Of a stretch of DNA of 64,000 nt, positions 54,355-63,452 are shown in pieces; within the stretch, counting starts at the first letter, position 1, and every line of letters begins with the position of its first letter. Origin of the DNA: Acidobacteriota bacterium (GTDB lineage: Bacteria > Acidobacteriota > UBA890 > WLXD01). The stretch covers positions 1,184,001 through 1,248,000 of the forward strand of contig CAXWPH010000015.1 in NCBI GenBank assembly GCA_963666055.2, read 5' to 3'. The translations under genes were made by a program, and so were the position numbers. The notes beneath the pieces were generated by a model that was not told the origin of the DNA, ran no database searches, and worked only from the letters and a program-made list of their open reading frames with translations.

Positions 54355-56705
54355 GCTGCTGCTTCTCCGCCGACCCGTTCGGTCGGTGAGATTGCCGGCT
54401 GGACGATGGGAATCGGCGCCGGGGCTCCGGCTTCATGCCCTGTCGCCGCTTGCACGAGCCCCTCCGACGCGAAGGAATCGACCTGTACGGCTTCGTTGCG
54501 CGCTGTTTCGGCCACCGCGACCAACTCGGCCTCGGAGGCGCTGATGACGCCGGCGGCCACCGCCTTGGCAACCAAGCGGTCCGGGGCGTCCTTCACCAGC
54601 GTGCCCTGGCGCACCGCGACTTTGATTTTCCGGGCCACCGGTTCGGCCTCGAAGCTGGTGCGGAAGGCCCGTTCGAGGCGACCGAGGCTCTCGGTTTCGT
54701 CGACGGGAACGTAGACACCATCGGTAAGAGCGTCGCGCTGCGCCCCCGGCGTCTGCAAGATGCGGGCAACCTGACTGCCGAGTCGGTCGGCAGGTTGGCG
54801 CCCGATTGGGTTCAATCGTGACCACGTTGCAACCGGGCCGCGCAGGAACGCTCCGACGACGGGAATGTCGAGGTTCTGGAAGAGACCTTCGAAGCCTTCC
54901 TGAATGCGGGCTAGCGCATACTGCATCGACCAGTGGAGCAGCGGCAGATCCTCTTTGCGGCGACCCTCCACCTCGAACCGCACCAGGACCGAATTGCTCA
55001 GGTACATCCACGAGAAGATGTCGGCGAAGCGTCCGGTAAGCGCTCCCCTGCGCTTGAGGTCACCGCCCAGCGCCGCCATTGCCAGGTCTGCGAGCAGCGC
55101 AAAATTGGCCGATGCCCATGCCAGCTTCCGATAATAGGGTGCCGCGGGACCGGCAACTGGAGAGCTGGCCAACCGGCCGCGGTTGAGGCTCAGACCGATT
55201 GCCCGGCCGAGGTTACGGGCGATGTGGACCACATGACCCCAGAATGCTTCGTCGAATGCCTCGAGGTCGTTTGCCGCCAACGCCTTGATCTCCCGGTAGG
55301 CGTACGGATGCGAGCGAATAGCACCCTGGCCGAAGATCATCAGAGTGCGGGTCAAGATGTTGGCGCCCTCGACGGTGATGCCGATGGGTGTGCCGATGTA
55401 GCCATGGGCCAAGAGGTTGCGAGGCCCGCGGGCGATTCCGGCTCCGCCGAGGATATGCATGCCGTCGTTGATTGCCTGGCGAGCGAGCTCGGTAAAGCTG
55501 TACTTGGTGATCGCTGTGACTACGGCAGGCTTGGCGCCGGCGTCGAGGCCACCGTTGGTGTAGCGCCGCGCCGCCTCCAGCAGGTAGGCGAAGCCGCCGA
55601 TGCGCGCCAGGGGCTCTTCGATGCCTTCGAACTTTCCGATCGATGTGCCGAATTGCTGGCGCACCGCAGCATAGGCTCCGGCGACCCGCGCCACCATCTT
55701 GGTGCCGCCCGCGCTGAGCGCCGGTAACGAGATCCCCCGGCCGGCCGCCAGGCTCTCCATCAACATTTGCCATCCGCGACCGGCACCCTCGGCGCCGCCG
55801 ATGATGGCGCTGACAGGCACCACGACATCCGCTCCCTCAGTCGGACCGTTGTGGAACGGCACGCCGAGCGGATCGTGCCGGCGACCGATCTGTATGCCCA
55901 TCGTGTCGCTGGGAATCAACGCACAAGTGATTCCCGGATCGGTGCCGTTGCCGAGCAGATTGTCGGGATCGCGAAGCTTGAAAGCGAGCCCGAGCACAGT
56001 AGAGATGGGCGCCAACGTGATGTACCGCTTTTCCCAGTTCAGTCGCAGGTAGAGGTCGCCGTCCTCGCCGCGAAAGACGGTCCCTTCCGACGACAGGGCG
56101 CCCGCGTCGGAGCCGGCGCCGGGCTCGGTGAGAGCGAAACAGGGAATCTCTTCGCCTCGCGCCAGCCGCGGTAGGTAGTAGCTTTTCTGCTGCTCGGTCC
56201 CGTAATGGATGAGCAGCTCGGCAGGCCCCAGGGAGTTCGGCACCATGACGGTGACGGCCAGAGGCATCGAGCGCGACGCGAGCTTGGCAACCACGGCGCT
56301 GTTCGCTGAGGCGGAAAACCCGAGACCGCCGTATTCTCTCGGAATGATCATGCCCAAGAAGCGGTTGGCCCTGAGATGCTCCCAAACCTCCAGGGGCAAG
56401 TCTCTCTGCTGGTGAACCTCCCAGTCGTCGGTCATGCGACAGACCTCTTCGACCGGTCCGTCGAGAAACGCTTGCTCCTCCGCACTCAAGCCCGCAAAGG
56501 GCTCACCGAGGAGCCGCTTGAAGTCGGGCTTACCCGAAAACAGCTCGCCGTCTACCCAGACCGTGCCGGCATCGATGGCGGTGCGCTCGGTCTCGGAGAT
56601 TTTCGGTAGAAGCTCGAGGCGTCTCAGCAGCTTCATGACCGATGCCGTGAGCAGACGACGGCGCAGCGTGACGAGGATCCCGTAGGCCGATTTGAAGACG
56701 TTCAT
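54351..56705 (-). CDS. fadE: Acyl-CoA dehydrogenase, long FadE type with C-terminal DUF1974
   Basis: VMVPNSLGPAELL, CFALTEPGAGSDAG, GRGISLP, ITVEGANILTRTLMIFGQGAIR, QVDSF. Confidence 0.92.
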   Translation of the reverse strand: MNVFKSAYGILVTLRRRLLTASVMKLLRRLELLPKISETERTAIDAGTVWVDGELFSGKPDFKRLLGEPFAGLSAEEQAFLDGPVEEVCRMTDDWEVHQQRDLPLEVWEHLRANRFLGMIIPREYGGLGFSASANSAVVAKLASRSMPLAVTVMVPNSLGPAELLIHYGTEQQKSYYLPRLARGEEIPCFALTEPGAGSDAGALSSEGTVFRGEDGDLYLRLNWEKRYITLAPISTVLGLAFKLRDPDNLLGNGTDPGITCALIPSDTMGIQIGRRHDPLGVPFHNGPTEGADVVVPVSAIIGGAEGAGRGWQMLMESLAAGRGISLPALSAGGTKMVARVAGAYAAVRQQFGTSIGKFEGIEEPLARIGGFAYLLEAARRYTNGGLDAGAKPAVVTAITKYSFTELARQAINDGMHILGGAGIARGPRNLLAHGYIGTPIGITVEGANILTRTLMIFGQGAIRSHPYAYREIKALAANDLEAFDEAFWGHVVHIARNLGRAIGLSLNRGRLASSPVAGPAAPYYRKLAWASANFALLADLAMAALGGDLKRRGALTGRFADIFSWMYLSNSVLVRFEVEGRRKEDLPLLHWSMQYALARIQEGFEGLFQNLDIPVVGAFLRGPVATWSRLNPIGRQPADRLGSQVARILQTPGAQRDALTDGVYVPVDETESLGRLERAFRTSFEAEPVARKIKVAVRQGTLVKDAPDRLVAKAVAAGVISASEAELVAVAETARNEAVQVDSFASEGLVQAATGHEAGAPAPIPIVQPAISPTERVGGEAAA

Positions 56706-57064
56706 TTCGCTCCTCTTTCCCTCGACGAGGGCATGTCGGGTTGGCGGCCTCTCGGGTGGACGGTCGGGCGGCGCTCGACCCGGGCTGATTGTTCGCTCAG
56801 CTTCGTCGGTGAGTGGCGGGTGTCCGGAGAGTTGTTACGGGACGAAGCGCGTAGCTGTAAGCGCACCCACATGGAGGGTGACGCTGGGCATCGGCGGAAC
56901 CGACCCTACGACCGCGGCGCCAGCTCGAGGTACCAGGCTAGCTCGTTCCTGAGCTTGCCGTTGAAGCTCTCAACCTCGAGCACGCGCGCGACGCGTTCCT
57001 CCTACTGGGCGAGTGGAGTTCGATGTCGGGGCCTCGTCAGGATCGCACTCGGGAGCGGCGCAGG

Positions 57065-57093
57065 TGTAAGAAACCGCGACTCGGCCGCACTCA
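57065..57093 (+). promoter_or_regulatory. Putative ECF promoter TGTAAG-N16-GCACTCA (copy 2)
   Basis: tgtaag aaaccgcgactcggcc gcactca, about 50 bp upstream of the PEGA gene. Confidence 0.7.
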
Positions 57094-57144
57094 TCACACG
57101 GAGCGCGGCAATGGAGCGCGCGCACTGGGCAGGAGGATACTCTC

Positions 57145-57654
57145 ATGCGAAAGACGCTAGGAGCGTTGGCGCTGACGGCTTTGGCGGCGGTGACAATATC
57201 ACTGTCGTTTCCGGCCGCGGCTGATGCTCAGCATCACTATCGTGGTGGCTACTACGGGCATCACTACAGTTATGGATACTACGGGCACCCCTTCTACGGC
57301 CCTGGCTACGGTTTCGGCGGCTACGGTTCCTTTGGCAACCGGACGGAGCGGTCGCACCTAGGAGCCGTGCGGATCGAGGTCAACCCGAAGAAGTCCCGCG
57401 AGGACATCCAAGTTTTCCTTAACGGAGCGTACGCCGGGGTCGTCGATAACTTCGACGGGTCCGCGCAGCGCCTTTACCTGGTGCCAGGAGAGTACGAGCT
57501 GGAGCTCAGGCTCGATGGGTATGACTCCATTCGCATGACCCTCTACGCCAGTGCCGGCACCACTCACAAGATTCGCGGCGAGATGAAGCGTCTGGTCGGA
57601 GACGGCGGTAATGAGGCCGACGACGTGTCATCCACGGCGCGGTCCACGAGCTGA
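57145..57654 (+). CDS. Secreted PEGA-domain protein with a Gly/Tyr/His-rich linker
   Basis: Signal peptide, HHYRGGYYGHHYSYGYYG, VFLNGAYAGVVDNFDG...LVPGEYELELRLDGY. Confidence 0.82.
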   Translation: MRKTLGALALTALAAVTISLSFPAAADAQHHYRGGYYGHHYSYGYYGHPFYGPGYGFGGYGSFGNRTERSHLGAVRIEVNPKKSREDIQVFLNGAYAGVVDNFDGSAQRLYLVPGEYELELRLDGYDSIRMTLYASAGTTHKIRGEMKRLVGDGGNEADDVSSTARSTS

Positions 57655-57697
57655 ACGGAACGCCGACGGTAGCCCCGGGGTCATCAGAGCCGGGTCT

Positions 57698-57727
57698 GAA
57701 GAGCCTCTCCGACCGGAGGGGCTCTTC
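57698..57727 (+). terminator. Strong GC hairpin downstream of the PEGA gene
   Basis: gaagagcctctccg/cggaggggctcttc stem; weak U-tail. Confidence 0.5.
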
Positions 57728-57871
57728 GAGTTTGTCACACGCCAGTTCCCGAGAGCACACTGCGATCCCCATGCCGCTCGATCTGCGAGGAGCTTGGACG
57801 AAACGACCACGCCTGGCCCCCGCGTACTCAGCCGGCGGAGAAAGTCGTGTCGCCGGATCTCGTCTGGGGTG

Positions 57872-57968
57872 CGACGATGCGCCGCGGCATCGCCAGCCTC
57901 GCCGCGCCTTGATCTCGCCCGCAAATCCCATCTGCGGCGCTATCGATTCCCCTGGTACAGGCCACTAG
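57872..57968 (-). repeat. Remnant of a related structured repeat (one arm, different CTAG-bounded end)
   Basis: Minus strand ctagtggcctgt...gcgagatcaaggcgcggcgaggctggcgatgccgcggcgcatcgtcg resembles arm A of 43669-43947. Confidence 0.55.
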
Positions 57969-58009
57969 TACGCTATGTAAGCGACGATACGGGCGCCTCG
58001 ACGCGCAGC

Positions 58010-58038
58010 TGTAAGAAACCCCGATAGCCTTGCACTCA
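58010..58038 (+). promoter_or_regulatory. Putative ECF promoter TGTAAG-N16-GCACTCA (copy 3)
   Basis: tgtaag aaaccccgatagcctt gcactca, about 54 bp upstream of ATG 58092. Confidence 0.7.
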
Positions 58039-58091
58039 CCATCGAGTGGCGCACTAGACCCACTCTCAAGCCAACTCGATGGAGGATGGAA

Positions 58092-58427
58092 ATGACCAAG
58101 CTGCGCAGTTGGATGCTGTTGTCCCTTGCCCTACCCACCATGGCCATTGCCAGTTCGGCCACCCCGCTGTCGCACCAGGTGCCTCAGTACCGCGGCGAGA
58201 TCAACGCGATCCAGACGGACGTGCTGGTTCTGGACGACCAGGGACTGCCGGTGGTCGGTCTGACGTTGGACGACTTCGAGCTCTACGAGGACGGCGTCAG
58301 ACAGCGGCTGTCCAGTGTCCAGATGATCGGCTCGCGCTCTGACGAGGCGACGGTGGAGGTTACGCCACGCCGATTTGTCTTCGTCATCAACCGGCTGGGC
58401 GCCAGGCCCGTATCGCCGGGCCCTTGA
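58092..58427 (+). pseudogene. N-terminal fragment of an acidobacterial VWA-domain protein
   Basis: Signal peptide, DVLVLDDQGLPVVGLTLDDFELYEDGVRQ, PRRFVFVI, then an abrupt end. Confidence 0.75.
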
Positions 58428-60162
58428 AGGTTCCGATTCAGCGGTGGTCGTTTACTCGGATGGACGGGACGTGCGGGTTATTCAGCCGGATCGGCTGCTC
58501 TACCAGCTGACGCCGACGCCGGCGATGTCCGGTTCTTCCTCGCCTTCGTTTTCCATGGGGCCGTCGGCGGGCCTGGCCGAGGCGGAGCGTGCCGAGCTGC
58601 GCGAGAAGGATTATCAGCGCGCAGCTCAGCTGTATGAGGCACTCCTGGCCGGCGCCGAATCGAGCCAGCGCCCTCTGTTGCTGCATAGGCTGGCGCGCAC
58701 CTCGAGGAAAGCCGGACTCCGAGACGACGCCCTCCGTTACTATCGCGAGCTCGAACTGGCGGGGGCGGACCTGATCGGGGCGCTACCTTCCGATCTCGTG
58801 GCCAACTTCGAGCTCTGCTCGATCTGGGCGGACGAAGCCGCCACCGATAAGCTGACGGCCAGCGCTCTGGCGCTTTACAGAGGCCTGGTCGAGGGCCGCT
58901 GGCGGTTGGAGAGGCCACGGTATCTGTTCTACGCGGACGCCGCCTGGCGGTGGTTGCAAACCGGCCCGCAACTACCGAATGAGGCTCTGCGCCTGCGCGA
59001 GGCGGAGCAGCAGAAGCTCCCTCTGAGCGAGGCCGTCGAGGGGTTCTTGCAAAGCCCGCGACGTCTGATTTCAAGTGACGGCGGGGTGTCGTTGGCTTTT
59101 TGGCGCTCGGATCCGCTTGTCGCTTTGCTGCTGCCAGACGAGTTTGTCAAAGCTCGGATCTGGGAGCGGCTCTCGGCGCCCACGACCGCCGCGGGGCTCA
59201 GGGTAGCTCTAGTGGGGTCAGATCGGAGAGTAGTATTCGGCGACAGTCTTCCGTCCAGGGCGCGCCTCGACGTGAGGCGCGATCTGGCCGAGATCGGCAT
59301 GCCTTTGCGGTTGCACGTCTGGCCCGTGGATACGGCGCTGCTGTACGCGGACTTGAATCGACGTCAGAATCTGTACTTGTCGATGCTGGCGTTCGTGATC
59401 GCTTTCCTTGGCTTCGGCAGCTACCTCACGGTGCGTACGGTCAGAAGGGAGCTGCAGATCGCGACGCTGAAATCGGAGTTCGTCTCCGCCGTTTCGCACG
59501 AGTTCCGCTCGCCCCTGACCGGCATCCGTCAGCTCGCGGAGATGCTGCTGCGGGGTCGAATCAAGAGCGAGACAAGGCGTCAGGACTACTACGAGATGAT
59601 CGTACGCGAAAGCGGCCGCCTGACTCGGCTTGTCGAAAACGTCCTCGATTTTTCCCGCATCGAAGAGGGCCGCAAACACTATGACTTCCAGCGGCTCGAT
59701 CCCACCGAGTGGTTGCCGTCGCTGGTGGAGGAGTTCCGGTTGGAGGTAGCCGACCGGCAGGTTTCTGTCGTGGCCGAGATCCCGGAGGCCTTGCCCACCC
59801 TTCGGGGCGACCGCGAGGCGCTGACCTGCGCTGTGCACAACCTGCTGGACAACGCGGTCAAGTACGCCGGGGAGTCGAACAGGGTGTGGCTGAGCGCCGC
59901 GGCGGTCGATGAGACGCTGTCGATACGGGTCCGCGACGAAGGTGTCGGGATCTCCGAAGAAGACCAGCAGCACGTCTTCGAGAAGTTCTTTCGGGGCGGG
60001 GGCGAGACCCCGCAGGAGGTGAAAGGAGTGGGGCTCGGGCTTAGTTTGGTGCAGCAGATCGTGAAGGCGCACGGCGGCTCAATCGCGCTCGAGAGCCGGC
60101 TCGGCCACGGCAGCACGTTTTCGATCCAGCTGCCGGCGGCGCCGACGGTGAGGCAAGCGTGA
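58420..60162 (+). CDS. Sensor histidine kinase lacking its N-terminal TM and start (probably 5'-truncated)
   Basis: H-box VSHEFRSPLT, N-box NLLDNAVKY, DEGVGI, GVGLGL; only one TM and no credible start; left boundary approximate. Confidence 0.8.
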   Translation, partial: ALEGSDSAVVVYSDGRDVRVIQPDRLLYQLTPTPAMSGSSSPSFSMGPSAGLAEAERAELREKDYQRAAQLYEALLAGAESSQRPLLLHRLARTSRKAGLRDDALRYYRELELAGADLIGALPSDLVANFELCSIWADEAATDKLTASALALYRGLVEGRWRLERPRYLFYADAAWRWLQTGPQLPNEALRLREAEQQKLPLSEAVEGFLQSPRRLISSDGGVSLAFWRSDPLVALLLPDEFVKARIWERLSAPTTAAGLRVALVGSDRRVVFGDSLPSRARLDVRRDLAEIGMPLRLHVWPVDTALLYADLNRRQNLYLSMLAFVIAFLGFGSYLTVRTVRRELQIATLKSEFVSAVSHEFRSPLTGIRQLAEMLLRGRIKSETRRQDYYEMIVRESGRLTRLVENVLDFSRIEEGRKHYDFQRLDPTEWLPSLVEEFRLEVADRQVSVVAEIPEALPTLRGDREALTCAVHNLLDNAVKYAGESNRVWLSAAAVDETLSIRVRDEGVGISEEDQQHVFEKFFRGGGETPQEVKGVGLGLSLVQQIVKAHGGSIALESRLGHGSTFSIQLPAAPTVRQA

Positions 60163-60905
60163 GCGATCCGAAGGAAAACCGAAGGGTGAAGAAGATCCTG
60201 ATCGTCGAGGACGAGCCTACGATTGCCGCCGCGCTTCAAGACGATCTGGAGCTCGAAGGGTATGAGGTCGAGGTCGCGCGCGACGGTGCAACGGGTGCGA
60301 CGCGAGCCCTGGCGCGCACGCACGACCTGATCCTCCTCGACGTGATGCTGCCACAGAAGGACGGTTTTTCGGTCTGTCGGGAGCTGCGGGCGGCGGGGCT
60401 TGGTACACCGATCATCATGTTGACCGCCAAGGGTCAGGAGGTCGACAAGGTGGTCGGGCTGGAGCTGGGTGCCGATGACTACGTGACCAAACCGTTCAGC
60501 CCGCGGGAACTGATGGCGAGGATCAAGGCGGTACTCCGCCGCGCCGACGGTTCCCACGAGTCAGAGCGGGTCCAGCAGCCCCTGCAAATCTGCGAGTTCG
60601 GCAATGTGAAGGTCGACTTCGGCCGCTGTCAGGCGTGGCGCGAGGGCAAGGAATTGGACTTGACGGCGATGGAGCTCAGGTTACTGGGGGCCTTTCTGGC
60701 CCGCCCGAGCCGCGTGCTGAGTCTCGACGAGCTGATCGAGCAGGCATGGGGCGCCGATGTTTTCCTGTCTGACCACGTCGTCTACACGCACATCAACAAC
60801 CTGCGCAGGAAGATCGAGGCCGACCCCTCCCATCCCCGCCATCTGATCACGGTGCGGGGCATGGGCTACCGATTCGATCCTGAACCAAACTTGAACTCAG
60901 CTTGA
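60159..60905 (+). CDS. OmpR/PhoB family response regulator
   Basis: ILIVEDE, LLDVMLP, MLTAK, GADDYVTKPF, winged helix ITVRGMGYRF. Confidence 0.95.
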   Translation: MSDPKENRRVKKILIVEDEPTIAAALQDDLELEGYEVEVARDGATGATRALARTHDLILLDVMLPQKDGFSVCRELRAAGLGTPIIMLTAKGQEVDKVVGLELGADDYVTKPFSPRELMARIKAVLRRADGSHESERVQQPLQICEFGNVKVDFGRCQAWREGKELDLTAMELRLLGAFLARPSRVLSLDELIEQAWGADVFLSDHVVYTHINNLRRKIEADPSHPRHLITVRGMGYRFDPEPNLNSA

Positions 60906-61010
60906 TGCACCGGGCCAGGAGCCCCCGCTATCGTGGCGACATGTCCCAACACCTTCAGGAGGACCGCTGCCATGATGAGAATCCGAATCGCCCTCACGCT
61001 GCTGGCCGCG
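60877..61010 (+). repeat. About 133-bp direct repeat, copy 1 (OmpR-type boxes, RBS, signal-peptide start)
   Basis: atcctgaaccaaacttgaactcagcttgat...ctcacgctgctggccgcg is repeated at 61421-61553. Confidence 0.88.
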
Positions 61011-61427
61011 TTTGTGGTTTCCGGCGTCGCAGCACAGCAGGTGCAGACCCCCGAGACGCTGCTGGGTGGGGCGCTCCACCAGGAGGAAGTGGAGGGGAAC
61101 CTCGAGGCAGCGATTGAAACCTACGAGATGATCCTCGCCGGACCCTCCATGAGCCGCTACGTCGCCAGCCGAGTTTTGCTGCACATCGGCTTCTGTTACG
61201 AGAAGGCGTCTCGACAGCGATCCCTTCGATCTCTACGGCGACTGTGCTACGGAACCCCGCCGCCTCGAACCCTAGATCCAGACCGACAGCGCCGGCGTAC
61301 CGTTACCCGGATGGAGTTTGCGCGCCTGCTCGATGAGTTCGAGGGTGCGTTCCAGGCCGCCCATGAGAATGGCACCAAAAGCGTGAAGCCACCGGTAGTG
61401 ACACGACAAGGGATCAAACAATCCTGA
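60972..61427 (+). pseudogene. Truncated secreted TPR-domain protein with a probable unrelated tail
   Basis: Signal peptide, EEVEGNLEAAIETYEMIL...LLHIGFCYEK (TPR-like), then an abrupt change in composition. Confidence 0.6.
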
Positions 61428-61553
61428 ACCAAACTTGAACTCAGCTTGATCCGCCGGGCCAGGAGCCCCGCTATCGTGGCCACAGGTTCCAACACCTTCA
61501 GCAGGAACGTTGCCATGGTGAGAATCCGAATCGGCCTCACGCTGCTGGCCGCG
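61421..61553 (+). repeat. About 133-bp direct repeat, copy 2
   Basis: Aligns to 60877-61010 with scattered substitutions and one 1-nt indel. Confidence 0.88.
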
Positions 61554-63449
61554 ATGGGTTTCTTGAAACGCTGCACGCCAGGGAGCGCGTGGCTACTGGC
61601 GCCGCTCGCGTTGCTGATTCTTGTCGTCCCGGCGTTGGCCGCGGTTGGAAACAACAGCACCGTGGCGGGGAATGGGGCCGGAGGCTTTTCCGGGGACGGT
61701 GGTTTGGCCACATCGGCACGGCAGCAAAGCTGCCGGGGCCTTAACACAGCTCCGACGGTGAACCGAAGTGGAGACGTGGCGGTGATCGAGGATGACGGTA
61801 CCCTCTCGATCCCAGCCAACGACATCGACCTTGCCGGGCACGGCATCGACTTCAAGCGCCGCAAGGATGGCCTCCGGGCCACCATTAAGAGCTCCGTCTC
61901 AATCAAGAAGAGTCTGGGTTCGAAGCTCGACATGGGGCTTAGCACAAGCATCTTCGTGGAGTTCCCAGCGCGCTTCGAGTTCCCCTTCTTTGGCAACAAC
62001 TACGACGGTGTGTACGTCAACACGGACGGCAACCTGACCTTCACCCAGCCCGACACTGTCTCCCTGGACACAAACAGCGTGGCTCGGGTGCTCACCGGCC
62101 CGCCGCGAATCGCACCGCTGTTCTTCAAGCTCGATCCGAGCAAGGCGGAAGGCACCGCCGGCATCTACTCGAAGCTCACCGCCAAGAGTCTCCAGATCAC
62201 CTGGTTGAGGGTCCCGCAGTGGGGCTCCCTGCGGGACCGAACCAACATTTTGGGGTTCCCGGTACGCTCCAACGAGAACACCTTCCAAGTCACCTTGTTC
62301 AAAAACGGTCGAATCCTCATCGCCTACGGGGAGCTGGCCCTGCTGGATTCCAACTCGGGTAGTAACAACCTCCTGCACAGATCTGCGGTGGTCGGCGTGG
62401 CGCCCGGCGGTGGAAGCGAGCTGCAGTTGCTCGACTTCACCGCGGACCTACCGGTCGCAACGACTACCGGAGCGCTCCTGGAGCGCTTCAGCCAATTCCG
62501 AATACTGGACGATCAGGCGATCGCCCAGGCCTTTTACAGCCGCTTTGCGGATGTCTACGACCAGCTGATCGTCTGGCTAGATTTTCCCTTCGCCGGAGGG
62601 TTCTTCTTCCCGGCCTACGCGCTCATGCCCAGCAACGCGGTGCAAGGCATCGGTCGCGACCGCCATGACCTCTCGGCGGCCTACGGTAGCGATGGCAATC
62701 TGAGAAGTTACGCACAGATGGGGACGCTGGCCAACTACTCGCTCGATCCAGCGGAGAGCGTTACTGGTTTCATCACCAGCAACACCTGGGATGTGGTGGC
62801 ACACGCAGTAGGGCATCGCTGGCTGAGCTACGTGCGCTTCCGGGATGCGGAGGGTAACGCGAGTAACCTCCTCAGGAGAGTGGATGATGATCCGCTCTCT
62901 GCCGGCATCGGACCCGCGGCGATGAGCGTTGAGAGTCACTGGAACTCGCCCACGGTCGTCCAGGTTGGCACTGGCGTGCCGGTGTTTCTTGATTCGGATG
63001 CTTCGGTCATGGGTGGCTACGACCTACGCGACAACGGCAATGGTTTTTTCACCACGATCGCCACCACCGACCGCTACAGCCGTCTGGATCGATACCTCAT
63101 GGGTTTGATCCCGGCCCAACAGGTGGGCGACATTTCCCTGGTCACCGTAGTCTCGCGCACGGGCTTGACAGGGTTTCATACTAGCGACGGGCTCAATCTC
63201 ACCTTCGAGGGCAAACGGCTGGACCTCAGCGTCCACGACATCATCGCGATCGAGGGTGAGCGGGTGCCGAGTAGCAAGGACGCCCCAAAGCGTTTCAAGA
63301 TGGCCTTCATCGTCGTGGGCCGTGAGGGAGCGCCGCCCTCGAAGGCATCGATCGACAAGGTCAACACGATTCGCAAGGGCTGGGGACCCTATTTCCGTAA
63401 GGCCAGCGGGAATGGGACGGTCACGACGAATCTTGTCGAGAGAAACTAG
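61515..63449 (+). CDS. Secreted NIDO-like plus metalloprotease-like protein (HExxH degenerate to HAVGH) with a mosaic N-terminus
   Basis: FPFFGNNYDGVYVNTDGNLTF, RIAPLF, NTFQVTL; VVAHAVGHRW; SVMGG; YSRLDRYLMGL. Confidence 0.7.
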   Translation: MVRIRIGLTLLAAMGFLKRCTPGSAWLLAPLALLILVVPALAAVGNNSTVAGNGAGGFSGDGGLATSARQQSCRGLNTAPTVNRSGDVAVIEDDGTLSIPANDIDLAGHGIDFKRRKDGLRATIKSSVSIKKSLGSKLDMGLSTSIFVEFPARFEFPFFGNNYDGVYVNTDGNLTFTQPDTVSLDTNSVARVLTGPPRIAPLFFKLDPSKAEGTAGIYSKLTAKSLQITWLRVPQWGSLRDRTNILGFPVRSNENTFQVTLFKNGRILIAYGELALLDSNSGSNNLLHRSAVVGVAPGGGSELQLLDFTADLPVATTTGALLERFSQFRILDDQAIAQAFYSRFADVYDQLIVWLDFPFAGGFFFPAYALMPSNAVQGIGRDRHDLSAAYGSDGNLRSYAQMGTLANYSLDPAESVTGFITSNTWDVVAHAVGHRWLSYVRFRDAEGNASNLLRRVDDDPLSAGIGPAAMSVESHWNSPTVVQVGTGVPVFLDSDASVMGGYDLRDNGNGFFTTIATTDRYSRLDRYLMGLIPAQQVGDISLVTVVSRTGLTGFHTSDGLNLTFEGKRLDLSVHDIIAIEGERVPSSKDAPKRFKMAFIVVGREGAPPSKASIDKVNTIRKGWGPYFRKASGNGTVTTNLVERN

Positions 63450-63452
63450 ACG

